64,000 nt of DNA from the NCBI RefSeq assembly GCF_018350175.1, contig NC_058368.1, positions 122,328,001-122,392,000 on the forward strand, given 5' to 3'. The notes beneath the pieces are model-generated. The model was not told the origin of the DNA. It saw only the letters and a list, made by a program, of their open reading frames with translations, and did not search any database. This stretch comes from Felis catus (lineage: Eukaryota). The first letter of the stretch is position 1. The number at the start of each line of letters is the position of its first letter. Position numbers and translations under genes: made by a program. Shown piece by piece: positions 1-12,515 of this stretch.

Positions 1-499
1 CTCCCCTCCGGCTGTGATTACTCAGGCAAAGTGAAGTGGACAGATGGAACAATTATTTGGAAAGCTCAGCCGTTGGAAAACAAAACAAAAAGAAAAAGAA
101 AACCCTACACCAAACCATGCAATTGAGGGGAAAGAGTTTATTGGTTTAAATTATTCTTATTGCCTGCTGGCATCGATTGCATTTTCCAGGTGATTGCTCA
201 GCGCTCCCATTAGCGTGTCCACGTAGAGAAATGATATCTTCTTAGATATTGGCACCGTGCGCAGCCCTCTCCGGAAGCAAGAGCTGTGTGTGGGCAAGGC
301 TTGTCTATACAGCAAATTTTTGTCAGGTGACTCCAGTCAACTCATTAGCTTTCACAATAAGCACAAGGCATGTTGCCAGAGAGGGGAGAAAAGGGTCTTT
401 GTGTGTAATAAGAAATACCACGTGAGAATAAAGTAAACTTTAAAAATCTTAAATTTGAAAACTTTCTGAGAAAACCATAATTCACGTTTTGTAAGTATG

Positions 500-720
500 G
501 GCCCAACGGCTCATGGGCTCAATTTCTGGCTCTGCTATACCTTTGAGGTGCCACCTAGTATAGATTACTTAAGTCACGAGGCCTCTGTTTCCTAGTCTCC
601 CCATGGGAGAGAACAGTACTTACTCATAGAGTGATTAGAAGAAAGAGTGATGTATATACATCACTCTTAGCCTCGTGTCTCCACACAGCAAATTCCCAAT
701 AAACAGTGGCTGTGATTAAT
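500..720 (+). mobile_element. MIR SINE remnant
   Basis: Degenerate MIR core (ctctgctatac...ttacttaag...gcctctgtttcct...cttactcatagagtgatt...agaagaaagagtgatgtatatac); boundaries approximate. Confidence 0.6.
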
Positions 721-1424
721 GAATGATGAACACAGAGACTTACGTTTTGAGTTACAAAAGCTAAAGACACAAAGCCTAGCCCTCCAGATGATGGCAGCTC
801 AAGCTTCATACTCTATGGGTTCTGAGCTCTTACTTGTCTGGTTCAATTCATAGACTCCTCCAGCGTTAACCTTTGGTGCACATTTCTGTTCACTTGAGAG
901 GTACCTGTATACCTGTATATACCTGTACATACCTACATACAGGAGACTTTCATGTAGTGTTTGGAGTCAATTATTCCCAAATACAATGGGAAAGTGGTTC
1001 AATCGTAGCCCAACAGGGAGTGTAGATTGGCTGGGGAAGCTACAGGCCCTAATTAGACTTTTGAGGTGGAAAGAGCCCTCTTGGCAAGAGAGCAGGGTGC
1101 CTGCTTTGGCCCTCCCTGGACACCATCCTGCCTCAACTCTGGGAAATGTGCTACATAATATAAGGTCATATACATAGTGCTTCAGATTTTCTGCTATTCT
1201 AGAATAGAAATCAAAGGCAAGCTTGGATAGCTTTAAGCCTAAATTTTTCTCATCTGTGTAAAAGGGTCAGCCAAAGAGGTCCAAGAACTTTCCTGAAAAA
1301 TGATAAACAACTTTACTACATACTGAGTGCTTAATAGATCAGGCACCATTCTGGATGTTTTACAGGAATTGTCTTATTTAATTTTCTTATTTAATTCCTT
1401 CAACCATCTTCCTAGAGCAGAATC

Positions 1425-1932
1425 ATTATTAAGTTTTATGTTTCCAGAGAAACAGAACCAATATGAGAAGAGAGAGAGAGGAAGAAGGAGAAAGAGAGAG
1501 ACTGAGATTTGTTATAGGAATTGGCTCACATGGTGATGAAGCTGAGAGGTCCCATCATCTGCCGTTTACATGACGGTGGTGTAACTCTATCCAAAGGACT
1601 GACAACTGAAGGGCCGATATCGGTCTCAGTCTGAGTAAGAAGGTCCAAAAAGCAAGAGTGTCAGGGTCCGAGGCAGGAGAAGAGGGATGTCTCAGCTCCC
1701 CAAGCAGAGATTGAATTCGCCCTTTCTTCACCTGTTCACTCTATTCAGGCCCTCAGTGGACTGGATGACGCCTACCTGCACTGGGGTGGGGGGCTGCTCT
1801 TTACTCGGCCTAGGGATGCAAATGCTACTCTCTTTCAAAGCCACCTTCACAGACGTGAGCAGAAATAATGCTTACCAGGGATCCGGGCATCCCCTTAGCC
1901 CAGCCAAGCTGACATCGAAGAGTAACCATCAC
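1425..1932 (-). mobile_element. MLT2-type (ERVL) solo LTR, inserted into a MIR
   Basis: Typical MLT2 motifs: tccagagaaacagaaccaata, ggaattggctcacatgg, ttcaggccctcagtggactggatga, cccagccaagctgacatc...taaccatcac; MIR-like flanks on both sides (1310-1415, 1940-2030). Confidence 0.85.
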
Positions 1933-2309
1933 GGAAACCTTTTGTAGATGAGGAAACAGGCCCAAGGAACTCCCCCGTAACTGGTAGTCTTCTGATTCCA
2001 GAACCACAAGCCTTAATTGACCGCTCTATGACCTATTGCAAGAGTTTCTTTCAATCTGGGAAAGAGCAGAAGCACCTGTTTTCTTAGAAAACACGCTGAT
2101 CTTGATGGGAGCCATAAAACCAATCCATGGCAGCCCATAAGGAAACCCAAACTTGAATCCCAGGTCTGTCTAAAATAACAATAATGGAGACAATTGATAC
2201 TAATTCAACCGAGATAAAAATAACCGCTGTAATTTAGTGAACAACTACTTTATGTCAGCAACCAGTCTCAGCCCTCGAAAATTAACATAACAAACCCTCA
2301 CGGAAACCG

Positions 2310-2490
2310 CAGCTCCAGTATCAGATTAGCCTGTCTTTTGTGCCTAACTCGGCATTTACCAGCTGTGAGATTTTCAACAAGGCATATAGTTTCTCTCTCT
2401 CTCTCCCAATTTTCCTCACTATAAAAATAAAAGTTGCTGTGAGAATTAAGTGAGATAATGCAGTCAACGCTTCCACAGTACCTAGAAGGC
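2310..2490 (+). mobile_element. MIR remnant
   Basis: ttaccagctgtgaga...ttttcctcactataaaa...gttgctgtgagaattaagtgagataatgc. Confidence 0.6.
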
Positions 2491-2862
2491 GTGGGCCCCA
2501 ACCAATGTTAACATTACTAGTATCCCTCTCCTACAAGATGAGGAAACAAAAGTCTCCTGGAAACGTGGATGACACAACTCAGGCCACACAACTGGCAGAG
2601 TCTGCCCTCTGAGTCCGTTCCACCCGAAAATCAGATGGTGCTTTCCACCTGACCAGTAACTCACACATGGCCACACGTCAAAAGAAACTAGACAACGTGT
2701 TTAAAATCCAGGGCCTCTACCCCTATCCTAGGCCTGGGCTGTTGCAGGGCGAGGTCAGGAACCACCACCTCTCCAGCTCACACACTGCCTCCTTCTCCAG
2801 GTCTCCTCTCTTCAGACCATCTAGGGATTATACCTATTATCAGTGACTGCAGAGAACCCACC

Positions 2863-3233
2863 TGTTTTAGCTTAGGGGGCCATGACAAAACATGATAGAC
2901 TGAGTGGCTTAAGCAACAGAAAATTATTCTTCATAGTTCTGGAGGCTAGAAGCCCAAGATCAAAGTGCCAGCACCGATGGGTGATGGTGAGAGCCGTCTT
3001 CCAGGCTTGCAGATGGCTGCCTTTTCCCTGCTTCTTCACAAGGTTGGGGGGAGGGCAGAGCACACCCTCTGGGGTTCCTTCTTACTGGGGCACTAATCCA
3101 GTCATGAGGGCTTCACTCTCATGGCCTCATCCCAATCTAATTACTTCCCAAAGGCCACATTTCTAAATATATCACACTGGGGGGTTAGGGCTTTAATACT
3201 TAATTTTGGGGAGACATCATTCAGTCCATAGCA
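2863..3233 (-). mobile_element. MLT1A-type (MaLR) solo LTR
   Basis: agactgagtggcttaagcaacagaaaattatt...agttctggaggctagaag...aagatcaaagtgccagca...ctaattacttcccaaaggcc...cattcagtccatagca. Confidence 0.85.
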
Positions 3234-3749
3234 CCTTCCTAATTAACTTAAGATGTTTTTTCTGTTCCAATTCATCGGCAATAGTCTTATTGGTTGAGCA
3301 CTTGTTTGCTGGGCACTGTACCCAAAGGACTATTTATTTATGCATTCATTATATATATGATGTATACTTGGTCTGCTTTCAGAAAAAAGGAAAAGGTGCC
3401 TTCTGGAAGTTCAAAACCATCACAGGAAACACTGGCATGGACACACCAATTTGCAGGCTATGGAAAAGAGGATAATCTTCCTGGTTGTTGTTTCCACCGC
3501 CCCGTGGAATGATTCACACAACAGTGGGCATCTGCCCCTATAGTCATGTTTTCATTCCCTCAGTTACTGTGGGAATGAAACTTCTCTGCCCTTCTGGGTT
3601 TTTGTTGCTGGGTTCAGTGCCTGACTCATCAGTTGGCTCTGGCCTTCAGGTACCTCAGCAGAAGCAAAAGGCAGCATCTTTGTCCTAAGTGATGACCTGA
3701 AAAACTCACACCTCCACGTTCCTGAAGTAAAAATAATGCCGATGATGGT

Positions 3750-3950
3750 AGCAACTTATCTCTACCAATTGCTGACTGTGTGGCCAGCATGATTTCATTT
3801 AATCCTCCTCACAGCCTTAAGAGATAGGTACTATTCTACCCCATTCCCCAGAAGTGGAAATTGAGGCTGAGCGAGTCTAGGTATGTTGCTCAAGGTCACA
3901 TGCAGCCAATATATCGGGGATCCACAGAGCCAAGCACATTCGGGTCTCGA
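3750..3950 (-). mobile_element. MIR remnant
   Basis: tcatttaatcctc...gataggtactatt...cccatt...ggaaattgaggctgag...gctcaaggtcaca. Confidence 0.7.
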
Positions 3951-4595
3951 CAACATTGTTTTCATCTCCTGAAATGTTCTCTCCTACTGAGTTCCCCTAA
4001 ACACCTTGGCTTAGAAATAGGGCGTCTCACTGGCCAACTTTTCCACATCATGGAGATGGAATGAATACACAGGGAGCAGGGAGGGCATGGCAGCCAACAG
4101 GAAAGACCCCACCATCACCAGTCCAGAGAATCAAGAGTGTAAAACAGATTCCCAGACCCAAACCTCATTACTGACAGTATTAAAACTAATTGCAAGAGAC
4201 AGCCACTGAGATGGTTGAGCAATTACAAATCCAATTTAATACATTCTCTCTGATCTTACTTGTCATGTACTAGAACTAGAATCAGAACCTAAAAATCACA
4301 GTGAAGTTGGAAATGCTCATTAAGCAGGGGATCTCAAATAAAGTAAAAAAGATGAAATTCAATTATATTTTCTCAGCCTCACTGGGTAAGAGATGTCTGC
4401 AAAACATCATTTCCCTGTTCAATGTGTATTTCTCAAGGAAAACACATAAACTGCACTCCAGAAAGCATTCAAATTTAAAAATGGTGATGAACCATTTGCC
4501 TGGCACTTGTGCCCAAACTTCCTGTGCATAAACAATTCTCATGAAGTATTAAATGTATATATTAAGAAGGAATTAAGACTGAGAACCCATTTTCC

Positions 4596-5246
4596 TTTTT
4601 TTTTTAATATAATTTATTGTCAAACTGGCTTACATACAACATCCGGCGCTCATCCCAACAGGTGCCCTCCTCAATGCCCATCAGCCACTTTCCCCTCTCC
4701 CCCACCCCCACATCCACCCTCAAGTTGTTCTCTGTATTTAAGAGTCTCTTGTGGTTTGCCTCCCTCCCTCTCTGTTTGTAACTAATTTTTCCCCTTCCCT
4801 TCCCCCATGGTCCTCTGGTAAGTTTCTCAAGATCCATATATGAGTGAAAACACGTGATATCTGTCCTTTTCTGACTGACTTATTTCACTTAGCATAATAC
4901 CGTCCAGTTCTATCCACATTGCTGCAAATGGCAGGATTTCATTCTTTCTCATTGCCAAGTAGTATTCCATTGTATATATAAACCACATCTCCTTTATCCA
5001 TTCGTCAGTGGATGGACATTTAGGCTCTTTCCATAATTTGGCTATTGTTGAAAGTGCTGCTAGAAACATTGGGGTACAAGTGCCCCTATGCATCAGCACT
5101 CCTGTATCCCTTGGGTAAATTCCTAGCAGTGCTATTGCTGGGTCATAGGGTAGCTCTGTTTTTAATTTTTTGAGGAACCTCCACACTGTTTTCCAGAGTG
5201 GCTGCACCACTTTGCATTCCCACCAACAGTGCAAGAGGGTTCCCGT
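4596..5246 (-). mobile_element. 5'-truncated felid L1 (ORF2 C-terminus + 3'UTR)
   Basis: ORF 4827-5258 (-) encodes L1 ORF2 C-terminus (HCWWECK...[13 protein letters not shown]...YTMEYY); poly(T) at 4596; 17-bp TSD ctgagaacccattttcc 4579-4595 / ctgtgaacccattttcc 5247-5263. Confidence 0.95.
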
Positions 5247-6006
5247 CTGTGAACCCATTTTCCAAGGAGACTGGCCTGCTTGCCACCAGCATGCCCTCCT
5301 CTTCAGGGCCTGCTCCTGGTATCACCAGGGCCCAGATGTGCATTCAGAAGCCATCTCAGGTGATTTCCAGTTGAGTTCTGGAAACTTCCATGCACCTTTA
5401 TAGTTTTTTATACACATATTGGATATTTACTCTTTACAATCAGAAATGGGGCAGGACAGTGTAGTAGGGTCTGAGATTAGGTGAGGCACAGATTTAAACT
5501 TGGGGTCTGTGATCTTGACCACCGCATCTCATCTGTCTTGGGCCTCAGATCCAGAATGAACGTGTGGATGACAGCAACTTCCTAGGGCTATTGTGAGGCT
5601 TATGTCAGCCACGTAAGACAAAGAGCTAAGCAAGTAATGGGAACCCACCAACCAATATGATCTCTACTACCAACACCACATCCCTGCTACCATTACTAGT
5701 ATTATCACCACTGTTACAATTCCTTCTCCTTCTCCAACTATCATGGCTACTATGACCACTGTCCAATTACAACAGCTATTATATTTTAATAAATGAAAAA
5801 AATATCTTTTCTACCCTCTCTTTCTCTTGTGTTCTTTTGCTCCTTATGTTTAAAATGAAGAATAAAGTTGTTTTTCCTGCCAAGTGAGTAGCTTGAGAAC
5901 TGGAACTTTAATTTATTTGAGCAGACATGTGTCAGTGTTGCTCTAAATAAAAGATCCCAGTATGTTCTGCTGAGGTATTTCAGGAAAAAAAAAAAAAATG
6001 AAGTAT

Positions 6007-6102
6007 GGGGCACCTGACGGGCTCCATTGGTAGAGCATAGGACACTTAATCTTGGGGTCTTATGTTCAAGCCTCACATTGGGCATGGAGTTTACTTAAAA
6101 AA
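6007..6102 (+). mobile_element. Short Can-SINE (no (CT)n segment)
   Basis: ggggcacctg...gctc head, B-box-like gttcaagcc; flanking aaaaaaatgaagtat / aaaaaaatgaaacat. Confidence 0.8.
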
Positions 6103-6372
6103 ATGAAACATGGGTAAATAAATTCATATTTCAGTTCATTTCCCACCTCCTTCCCAAAGCCTTTGGCTCACAATGATGTTTCCCTTCTCTGAAACAATTA
6201 TCATATTCGCTAATTTTTTCATGCTTGTGAGAGTTATCTTCCCAATTAATAGACTTCCTGCAGTCTGACTTTAGTACCATAAATATAGCAGGCATTCCAA
6301 AAATACTAATCTTTGAAAATGGTACTCAAAAAAACCAAGATTCCAAATCCTATAAAGATATTTAATAGCTCA

Positions 6373-6536
6373 GGGGTGCCTGGGTGGCTCAGTCGGGTAA
6401 GCATCTGACTTTGGCTCAGGTCATGATCTCACAGTTTGTGAGTTCGAGCCCCACTTTGGGCTCTGTGCTGATGGCTCAGAGCCTGGAGCCTGCTTCAGAT
6501 TCTGTGTCTCCCCCTCTCTCTGCTCTTCCCCACTCA

Positions 6537-6579
<43 letters not shown>

Positions 6580-6598
6580 AAAAATAAACATTTTTTAA
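6373..6598 (+). mobile_element. Can-SINE (SINEC_Fc-type)
   Basis: tRNA-derived head ggggtgcctgggtggctcagtcgg, gttcgagccc, (CT)n, A tail; TSD 6354-6372 / 6599-6617. Confidence 0.95.
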
Positions 6599-6619
6599 AA
6601 AGACATTTAATTGCTCATG

Positions 6620-7030
6620 TAACCCAGAGTCCTGGATTAGGACAGGGACAGCTGGATCCAGGAGCTCAAAAGATACCCTTAGGGTCCAGTCTCTGTATCT
6701 CTAGGATCTACTTCCCTCTCTGATGTTTCCAGGTGGACAGGTCACTGGTGCTCACATCCTCACAGCAACAAATCCAGAGGAAAATAGACGGCCCTTCTCC
6801 AGCCATACCTACCCTGTATGTCACAGGGTAGGTAGCTTTGCAGTGAATAAGCTTCAGTCATGTGCCCACGCTGGACCTCCAAGTGGGTGCTCAGCCCCAT
6901 CCAACCACCTGAACCAAGTAAGAGGAGGAAATGTTTCCCCGAAGAAATTTTGGAATAAGGGAGATGGGCTGTAGATGGGAAAAAGCCTTTATAAAGATCT
7001 GTCTTATCTTGTGTAACTACATTAGCTCTA
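6620..7030. mobile_element. Old MLT1-like LTR remnant
   Basis: Degenerate MaLR-like motifs (ggatccaggagctcaaa, cctgaacca, ttccccgaagaaattt); subfamily uncertain. Confidence 0.45.
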
Positions 7031-7384
7031 AAAACAGTAAAAACAAACAAACAAACAAAAAACATAGCAGATACTCAAAGTCAATTTTGAGATTGATAGA
7101 TTTTTGTGCATCAGTCCTCTGATATAAATCCTAATTTGTCTTTCCTTATGTTTCTGCTTTGTGGCCAGATCCTAAAAAGGTAGAAATGGTTTGCTCACAA
7201 TCAACATCATTACAAAATTCAGATTAATTCAGGGGTGGTGAGTCCTCAAATGACTAGCGTCACCTTCTCTCCTTAGTATACTATACATTTTCCCTCTGCA
7301 CTCTGGGGAGTAATCCCTCTATCCCCTGGACTTCTACTTTATTTAGCTCACATGTTTGCTATGGCATTTGCCATATGGTTCTTT

Positions 7385-7940
7385 GCTGTTATGTATATTA
7401 GGCAAGATTGCTTAAATGATAAAATTCCCAATTCTAAAAGGCTTCAGAAAAAAATTACCAGTTCACAAAACTGAACAGTTTGGGGATAGTTGTCCTTCAG
7501 AAATGGCTTGATTCAAAGTTCATATGATGTCAACATATGATGTCAGGATAGGGTTTTTCTCTGTTTGTTGACCTCATTCTTAATATTTACTATATCTTCA
7601 GTCCCATTACTCAAAGGCAGCTGCCACAGCTCCAGCCATTGTCTCCTGTTTACCTCTGATGGTAAGAGGAAGAAGCTCTTTCTCATCATTCTCATGGTAA
7701 TTTCATTGCTTTGCGCCAGCATTATTTGGGGCTTCTGCTTCTTACTGGATCAGTCACTGCCCAAAGCAATGGGGCTCCCTATCACCTGAGGTCTAAGTCA
7801 CAGGCTCCATTCCAGGGCTAGGTGTGGAGTAAAAGTTCAGTCTAAAAATGAGGAAAGGATCATTCTCAGATGAATATCCAATCTGGTAACAGGAAGAAAA
7901 TTGTATGCAAAGGCCGCAGAAACAACAAATGTGAAGTCCG
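7385..7940. mobile_element. Old MLT1-like LTR remnant
   Basis: ttcacaaaactgaa...ccttcagaaatggcttgattcaa...ggatcagtcactgcccaaagcaatgg...aggccgcagaaacaacaaatgt. Confidence 0.5.
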
Positions 7941-9098
7941 ATTCTCCTTTTGGATAATGCATTGATTCATTCTCTTGACGGCAATGCCTGGTGTTGTGAG
8001 TGACACAGGCCGACAGGGTGCTTACTGTTTATTAGAGGGAAGGAGGAAGAAAAGGCTGAGTGAACCCTTGATTAGATATTCCTGACATTTCATAATGCGT
8101 CAATCAGGACGATCTTCCTTGGGAAAGCATATTTGAAATGGGATTTGGAATCGGGGAATCCAGTTACTCATCAGTTTGATTAGCATTAGCCTGTGCCAAC
8201 TAAAAGTTTTCCACAAGCATTAGCTGTTTGCTCCCCTTACTTGAAATACTTCTTGGTGAAAGCACCAGGGAAAAAAATAATTCATGTCTTAATGAGGCCG
8301 AACTCTTAACTTTTGGCCCCTGGAATTACAAAGTGGGCCCTGGAGTCATGGGATAGAAGAACTATTGCCCACTTTGGAAAGAATTTTGAATTGCCACTGA
8401 CAGAACCGGCAAACTGATTTAGTAGCATCCGCCTTGATGAGGTAATTTACCTTCCCTTCTGAGCTTTGCTATATTTGGAGGCCCAGTGAAAATTCAGTGG
8501 CAATAATAGTTATCTCCGCACAGGAGTTAGTGGCCTGATGAGAAGACAAACCAAGCCAGTATCAGTGTTGCTTCTTCCATGCAGATGTCACTGGTACAAT
8601 ATAGAGGCTCCTTCTTTTTTCACTTTCCCTCAAAGACCAGACTATCTGAGCACAAACACAGGAATTGGAAATTACACATTCAGAATCGTTGATTTTCTTA
8701 CGCCCCTGTCGAAGCCACTTAACCCTCCTTCACTCTTCAGCACCCTGCTCATCTCCCCCATTGACTACAAAGCAGAGACGGGCTTAGGGTCCTCTGATGA
8801 GGATTAATACATCAATACCTGCAAATTCCTCCGAAGTCTGAGTTCTCAAGAGCTCAATGTCTTTTCTTTTTTCTGAAGAGAAAATAGCCTGTGTTCAGTA
8901 TACTTTATATTTAAATGATCTCGAACGAAATCTATCTGCCTCACGAGGCTAGAAGGTAGGAGAAGGCATATTGTTGAAGATTCAACAGGGGGGTGTGTTG
9001 GAGTCTAACGTCACCAGTAGGTAAGATATTCTATTTGTATCATAAAAAACAAACTATAGAAGGTCAGCTATGGGAACATCAAACTTTTATGAAGTTTT

Positions 9099-9330
9099 TT
9101 TTTTTTATTTTTAAAAAAATTTTTTCAACGTTTTTATTTATTTTTGGGACAGAGAGAGACCGAGCATGAACGGGGGAGGGGCAGAGAGAGAGGGAGACAC
9201 AGAATCGGAAACAGGCTCCAGGCTCTGAGCCATCAGCCCAGAGCCTGATGCGGGGCTCGAACTCACGGACCGCGAGATCGTGACCTGGCTGAAGTCGGAC
9301 GCTTAACCGACTGCGCCACCCAGGCGCCCC
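9099..9330 (-). mobile_element. Very young SINEC_Fc Can-SINE
   Basis: Many CpGs intact (ctcgaactcacggaccgcgagatcgtgacctggctgaagtcggacgc); TSD tatgaagtttt 9088-9098 / 9331-9341. Confidence 0.97.
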
Positions 9331-9766
9331 TATGAAGTTTTATTTTAAGGTAACTATCAAATTATTATCAGTCATTAAAAGCTTGGGCACAGCACCCTAA
9401 GTAAAGAGGTCGACCTGTTTATGTGGTAACAAAAGAGAAGCAGGTGGGAAGTGAGAGAAGGAAATAACACAGAAAGACTCAAAAGGACCTTGTTGACTGT
9501 TTTTTCTTTAGGTTTCATGACTCCATTACACTCAGGACCTCAGGATGTGCGAAAACATTATCTGCCACTACCATTTTTGGAAAGATTCTAACTTCTTGAT
9601 GTTAAAAGCAGAAGCTTGGCCCAAACCGCTGTAATTAATTTCCAACAGGTCTAGAGTTTATTTCTGGCTCCATGCAGAGAATTTAGGAGAAGAGTAATGG
9701 GTACCATGAGACGCCTACTGAAATGAAAGAAATAGTAACAGATTTTGTATAAAAATAAAATAAGCA

Positions 9767-9985
9767 AGGCCCCTGGGGGATTAAGCATCTGGCTCTTGAT
9801 TTCAGTTCAAGTCATGATCTCATGGTTCGTGAGACTGAGCCCTGCGTCCGGCTCTGCACTGACAGTACAGAACCTGCTTGTGATTCTCTCTCTCCCTCTC
9901 TCTCTGCCCCTCTCCTACTTGTAAGCACATGCATGTTTGGTCTCTTTCTCTCTCTCCCTCATGATAAATAAATAAACAATTAAAA
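9767..9985 (+). mobile_element. Can-SINE (older)
   Basis: tcttgatttcagttcaagtcatgatctcatggttcgtgag; (CT)n; AATAAA tail. Confidence 0.9.
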
Positions 9986-10505
9986 AATAAAGCATTTTTC
10001 AAAGATTCAGATTCTGAAAACTGCTATCAACTGATGGATCTATAGAAAAACAGAGACTAAAATCTGAATACAATCTATAGGAATAATTTCAACATTTAAA
10101 ACAGATAACATTATCCTCAATTTAGGTAAGAGTAATAAATTGTTCATTAAACAAATTTTGGAAAACTCTAAACATTTAAGGGAATATTAAAATTATAGTC
10201 TCATTATTCTGAAATAGTTACTTTAAGTATTTCAGTATTTTTCCTTCTATTCTCACCTGCATTTCTTTTTTGCTTTTTTAAAAAAGAAACTTTCTAAGTC
10301 TAAAAGTAATTCATACTTATTAGGAAAAACTTGGAAATTAGAAAAGTATAAAAAGGTTTTTAAGTTACTTGTACATCTATCAGCAAGCCGTCACCACCGT
10401 TAATATTTTAGATATATTTGTTTCTAGTATTTTAGCATCAATGTTTACATAATTTTCACATCCAGTGCTGCCCGGGGTTTTGCATTTAAAAATTACAATC
10501 ATACA

Positions 10506-10726
10506 GGGGCAGCTGGGTGGCTCAGTCAGTTAAGCATCTGACTTTGGCCCAGGTCATGATCTCACTCTTCGTGAGTCTGAGCCCCACGTCCGGCTCTGTG
10601 CTGACAGTTCGGAGCCTGGAGCCTGCTTCGGATTCTGCGTCTCCTCCTCTCTCTCCCCCCCCCCCCCCCCATACGCTCTGCTCTCTCTGTCTCTCAAAAA
10701 TGAATAAACATTAAATTTTTTTTTTT
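10506..10726 (+). mobile_element. Can-SINE (SINEC_Fc-type)
   Basis: Full head/body/tail; TSD aattacaatcataca 10491-10505 / aattgcaatcataca 10727-10741. Confidence 0.95.
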
Positions 10727-10741
10727 AATTGCAATCATACA

Positions 10742-11238
10742 ACCCAGCAACTTCATCCTGGGGCAGTTGTCCTACAAAAATGACAACTTGCATTCATACA
10801 GAAACCTGTGCACAAATGTTCACAGTAGCTTTCCCAGTAACAGCCAAAAGCAGAACACAACCTAAAGGTTCCTCAAAGGCTGAGTGGTTAAACAAACTGG
10901 GATGCATCCATGTCACAGAATACTACTTGGCAATAAAAAGGAAGAACTAATTCTGTGCAAACACGCGAGTGAATCTCAAGTTAATTACACAGCGAGAGAA
11001 AATCCTATCTTAAAGGTTATACATCATATATACTTATAGAACATTCTTCAAATGATAAAATATCAGAGAGGGAAGACATATCAGTGGTTGCCAGGAGAGG
11101 AAGGGCAAGGGGGTGCCTGTGGCTGCAGTAGGGTAGCAGGGAGAAATGCCTGTGTTAGAACTATTCTAAGCCTTGACTGTTACAGTGCTAACACAAATGT
11201 ACACATGCTCTAAAATTGCGTAGAACTGAACACACACA

Positions 11239-11269
<31 letters not shown>

Positions 11270-11455
11270 CTCTAAAACTGGTAAAATCCAAATGAGATCA
11301 GTGAATTGTATCAACATCAACTTCTTGGTCATGATACTATACCATAGTTGAGCACAATATTGCCACTGGGAAAAATGAGTGAAAGGTACAGAGCATCTTT
11401 CTTATACTATTTCTTACAACTGCCTGTGAACTTACAATTATCTTAAAGAGTTAAG
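10742..11455 (+). mobile_element. Ancient L1MC-type 3' end
   Basis: Degenerate ORF2 end (ORF 10729-10950: CAQMFTVAF...EWLNKL...EYYLAIKR) followed by L1MC-like 3'UTR (aaattgcgtagaactgaacacac...tttcttacaactgcctgtgaacttacaattatct). Confidence 0.85.
11230..11269. repeat. Compound (CA)12(CG)7 microsatellite
   Basis: Read directly. Confidence 0.95.
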
Positions 11456-11904
11456 ACAAAACAAAGCAAAAACCAAAACAAAACACAGCGTAAGCATCTT
11501 ACCATATAAACATAATTTTAGATAGGAAAATTCTCTGTAGAGATAATTTTAAGGACGATATAATATCTTAGTATAGGATCATCATTTACCTGTTTCCTTA
11601 ATACTAGATATTGAACACAGAGTTGTGTGCAACATTAACATATGACAACAGTGCAAAGGTCTCTGTGCATAAGACACTATCCCATGTCAGAGTATTTCTT
11701 CACAAAAATATTTAATAAAGTGAATGTCATAGGATATTAAGAATTATAATGCAAAAATAAGGTCCTACATGCAAATATATTTGGGAATGAGCTTTTTCAT
11801 TCCGGGAATTCTCACAGTCTTTTATGGACAAATGTATGCTGTGAGTCAACCAGAGGTAATAATGTAATCAATGTTTCTAAAGCATATTTTCTCTGAAAAA
11901 CCCC

Positions 11905-12515
11905 ATGACAGATTAAAGATGACCTCTAATTCTTTGGCTCTACCAGTCTGCTCCCTGAGTCTTGGTGGGCTCTGTGACTGCTTTGATCAGTGGAATGAAG
12001 CATAAATGACACCGCACCAGTTTGTGGGCAAAAGCGAAGAAACCGAGAGATTCCACTTCCTATCTTTTGAAAGGTTCCCTTTGGGGGAACTGAGAAGCCA
12101 CATATGAATAGCCTGTAATTGCTCTGATAGCCCAAACCAGCCACGCAGAGAGGCTCTGCGAAGAGAGGGAGATCATCAGCCACCCCCAGCTGTTCTAGCA
12201 ATCCCAGCTCAGACACTAGACATGTGGGTAACACCATCTTGAAAATGTTAGGTGCAACAGAAGCGACTGGAGTAAAACCAAGTAATCAAGCCAACAGCCA
12301 GAACTGGGACTCCACATATATGGTACCAATGAAGCTTTCCCACATATCTCAAGCCATTTGAGAAACCTGGCTGAACTCATTATGGAACCGAGATGAACTA
12401 TTCCCACTGTGTGCTGCCCAAATTCCCAAACCATAAAATCGTTGGCACAATAAAATGGTTGTTTATGCCATGAAATACAGGGATGTTTGTTACACAGCAG
12501 TACATAATCATTACA
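11905..12515 (+). mobile_element. MLT1F/G/H-type solo LTR
   Basis: agattaaagatgacc...aattctttg...gggctctgtgactgctttga...aattcccaaaccataaaatcg...tttgttacacagcagtacataa. Confidence 0.8.

Noticed and set aside
901..940. Short (tacctgta)n-like tandem repeat; also the 13-bp duplication catatgatgtcaa at about 7521-7545
   Set aside because: Small slippage duplications with no spacer structure; not CRISPR-like or otherwise informative
6384..6587. Recurrent MAQSVK...AQVMIS...SLEPASDSVSP peptide ORFs (also at 10517, 18270, 24887, 39454, 41091)
   Set aside because: Translations of Can-SINE consensus, not a gene family
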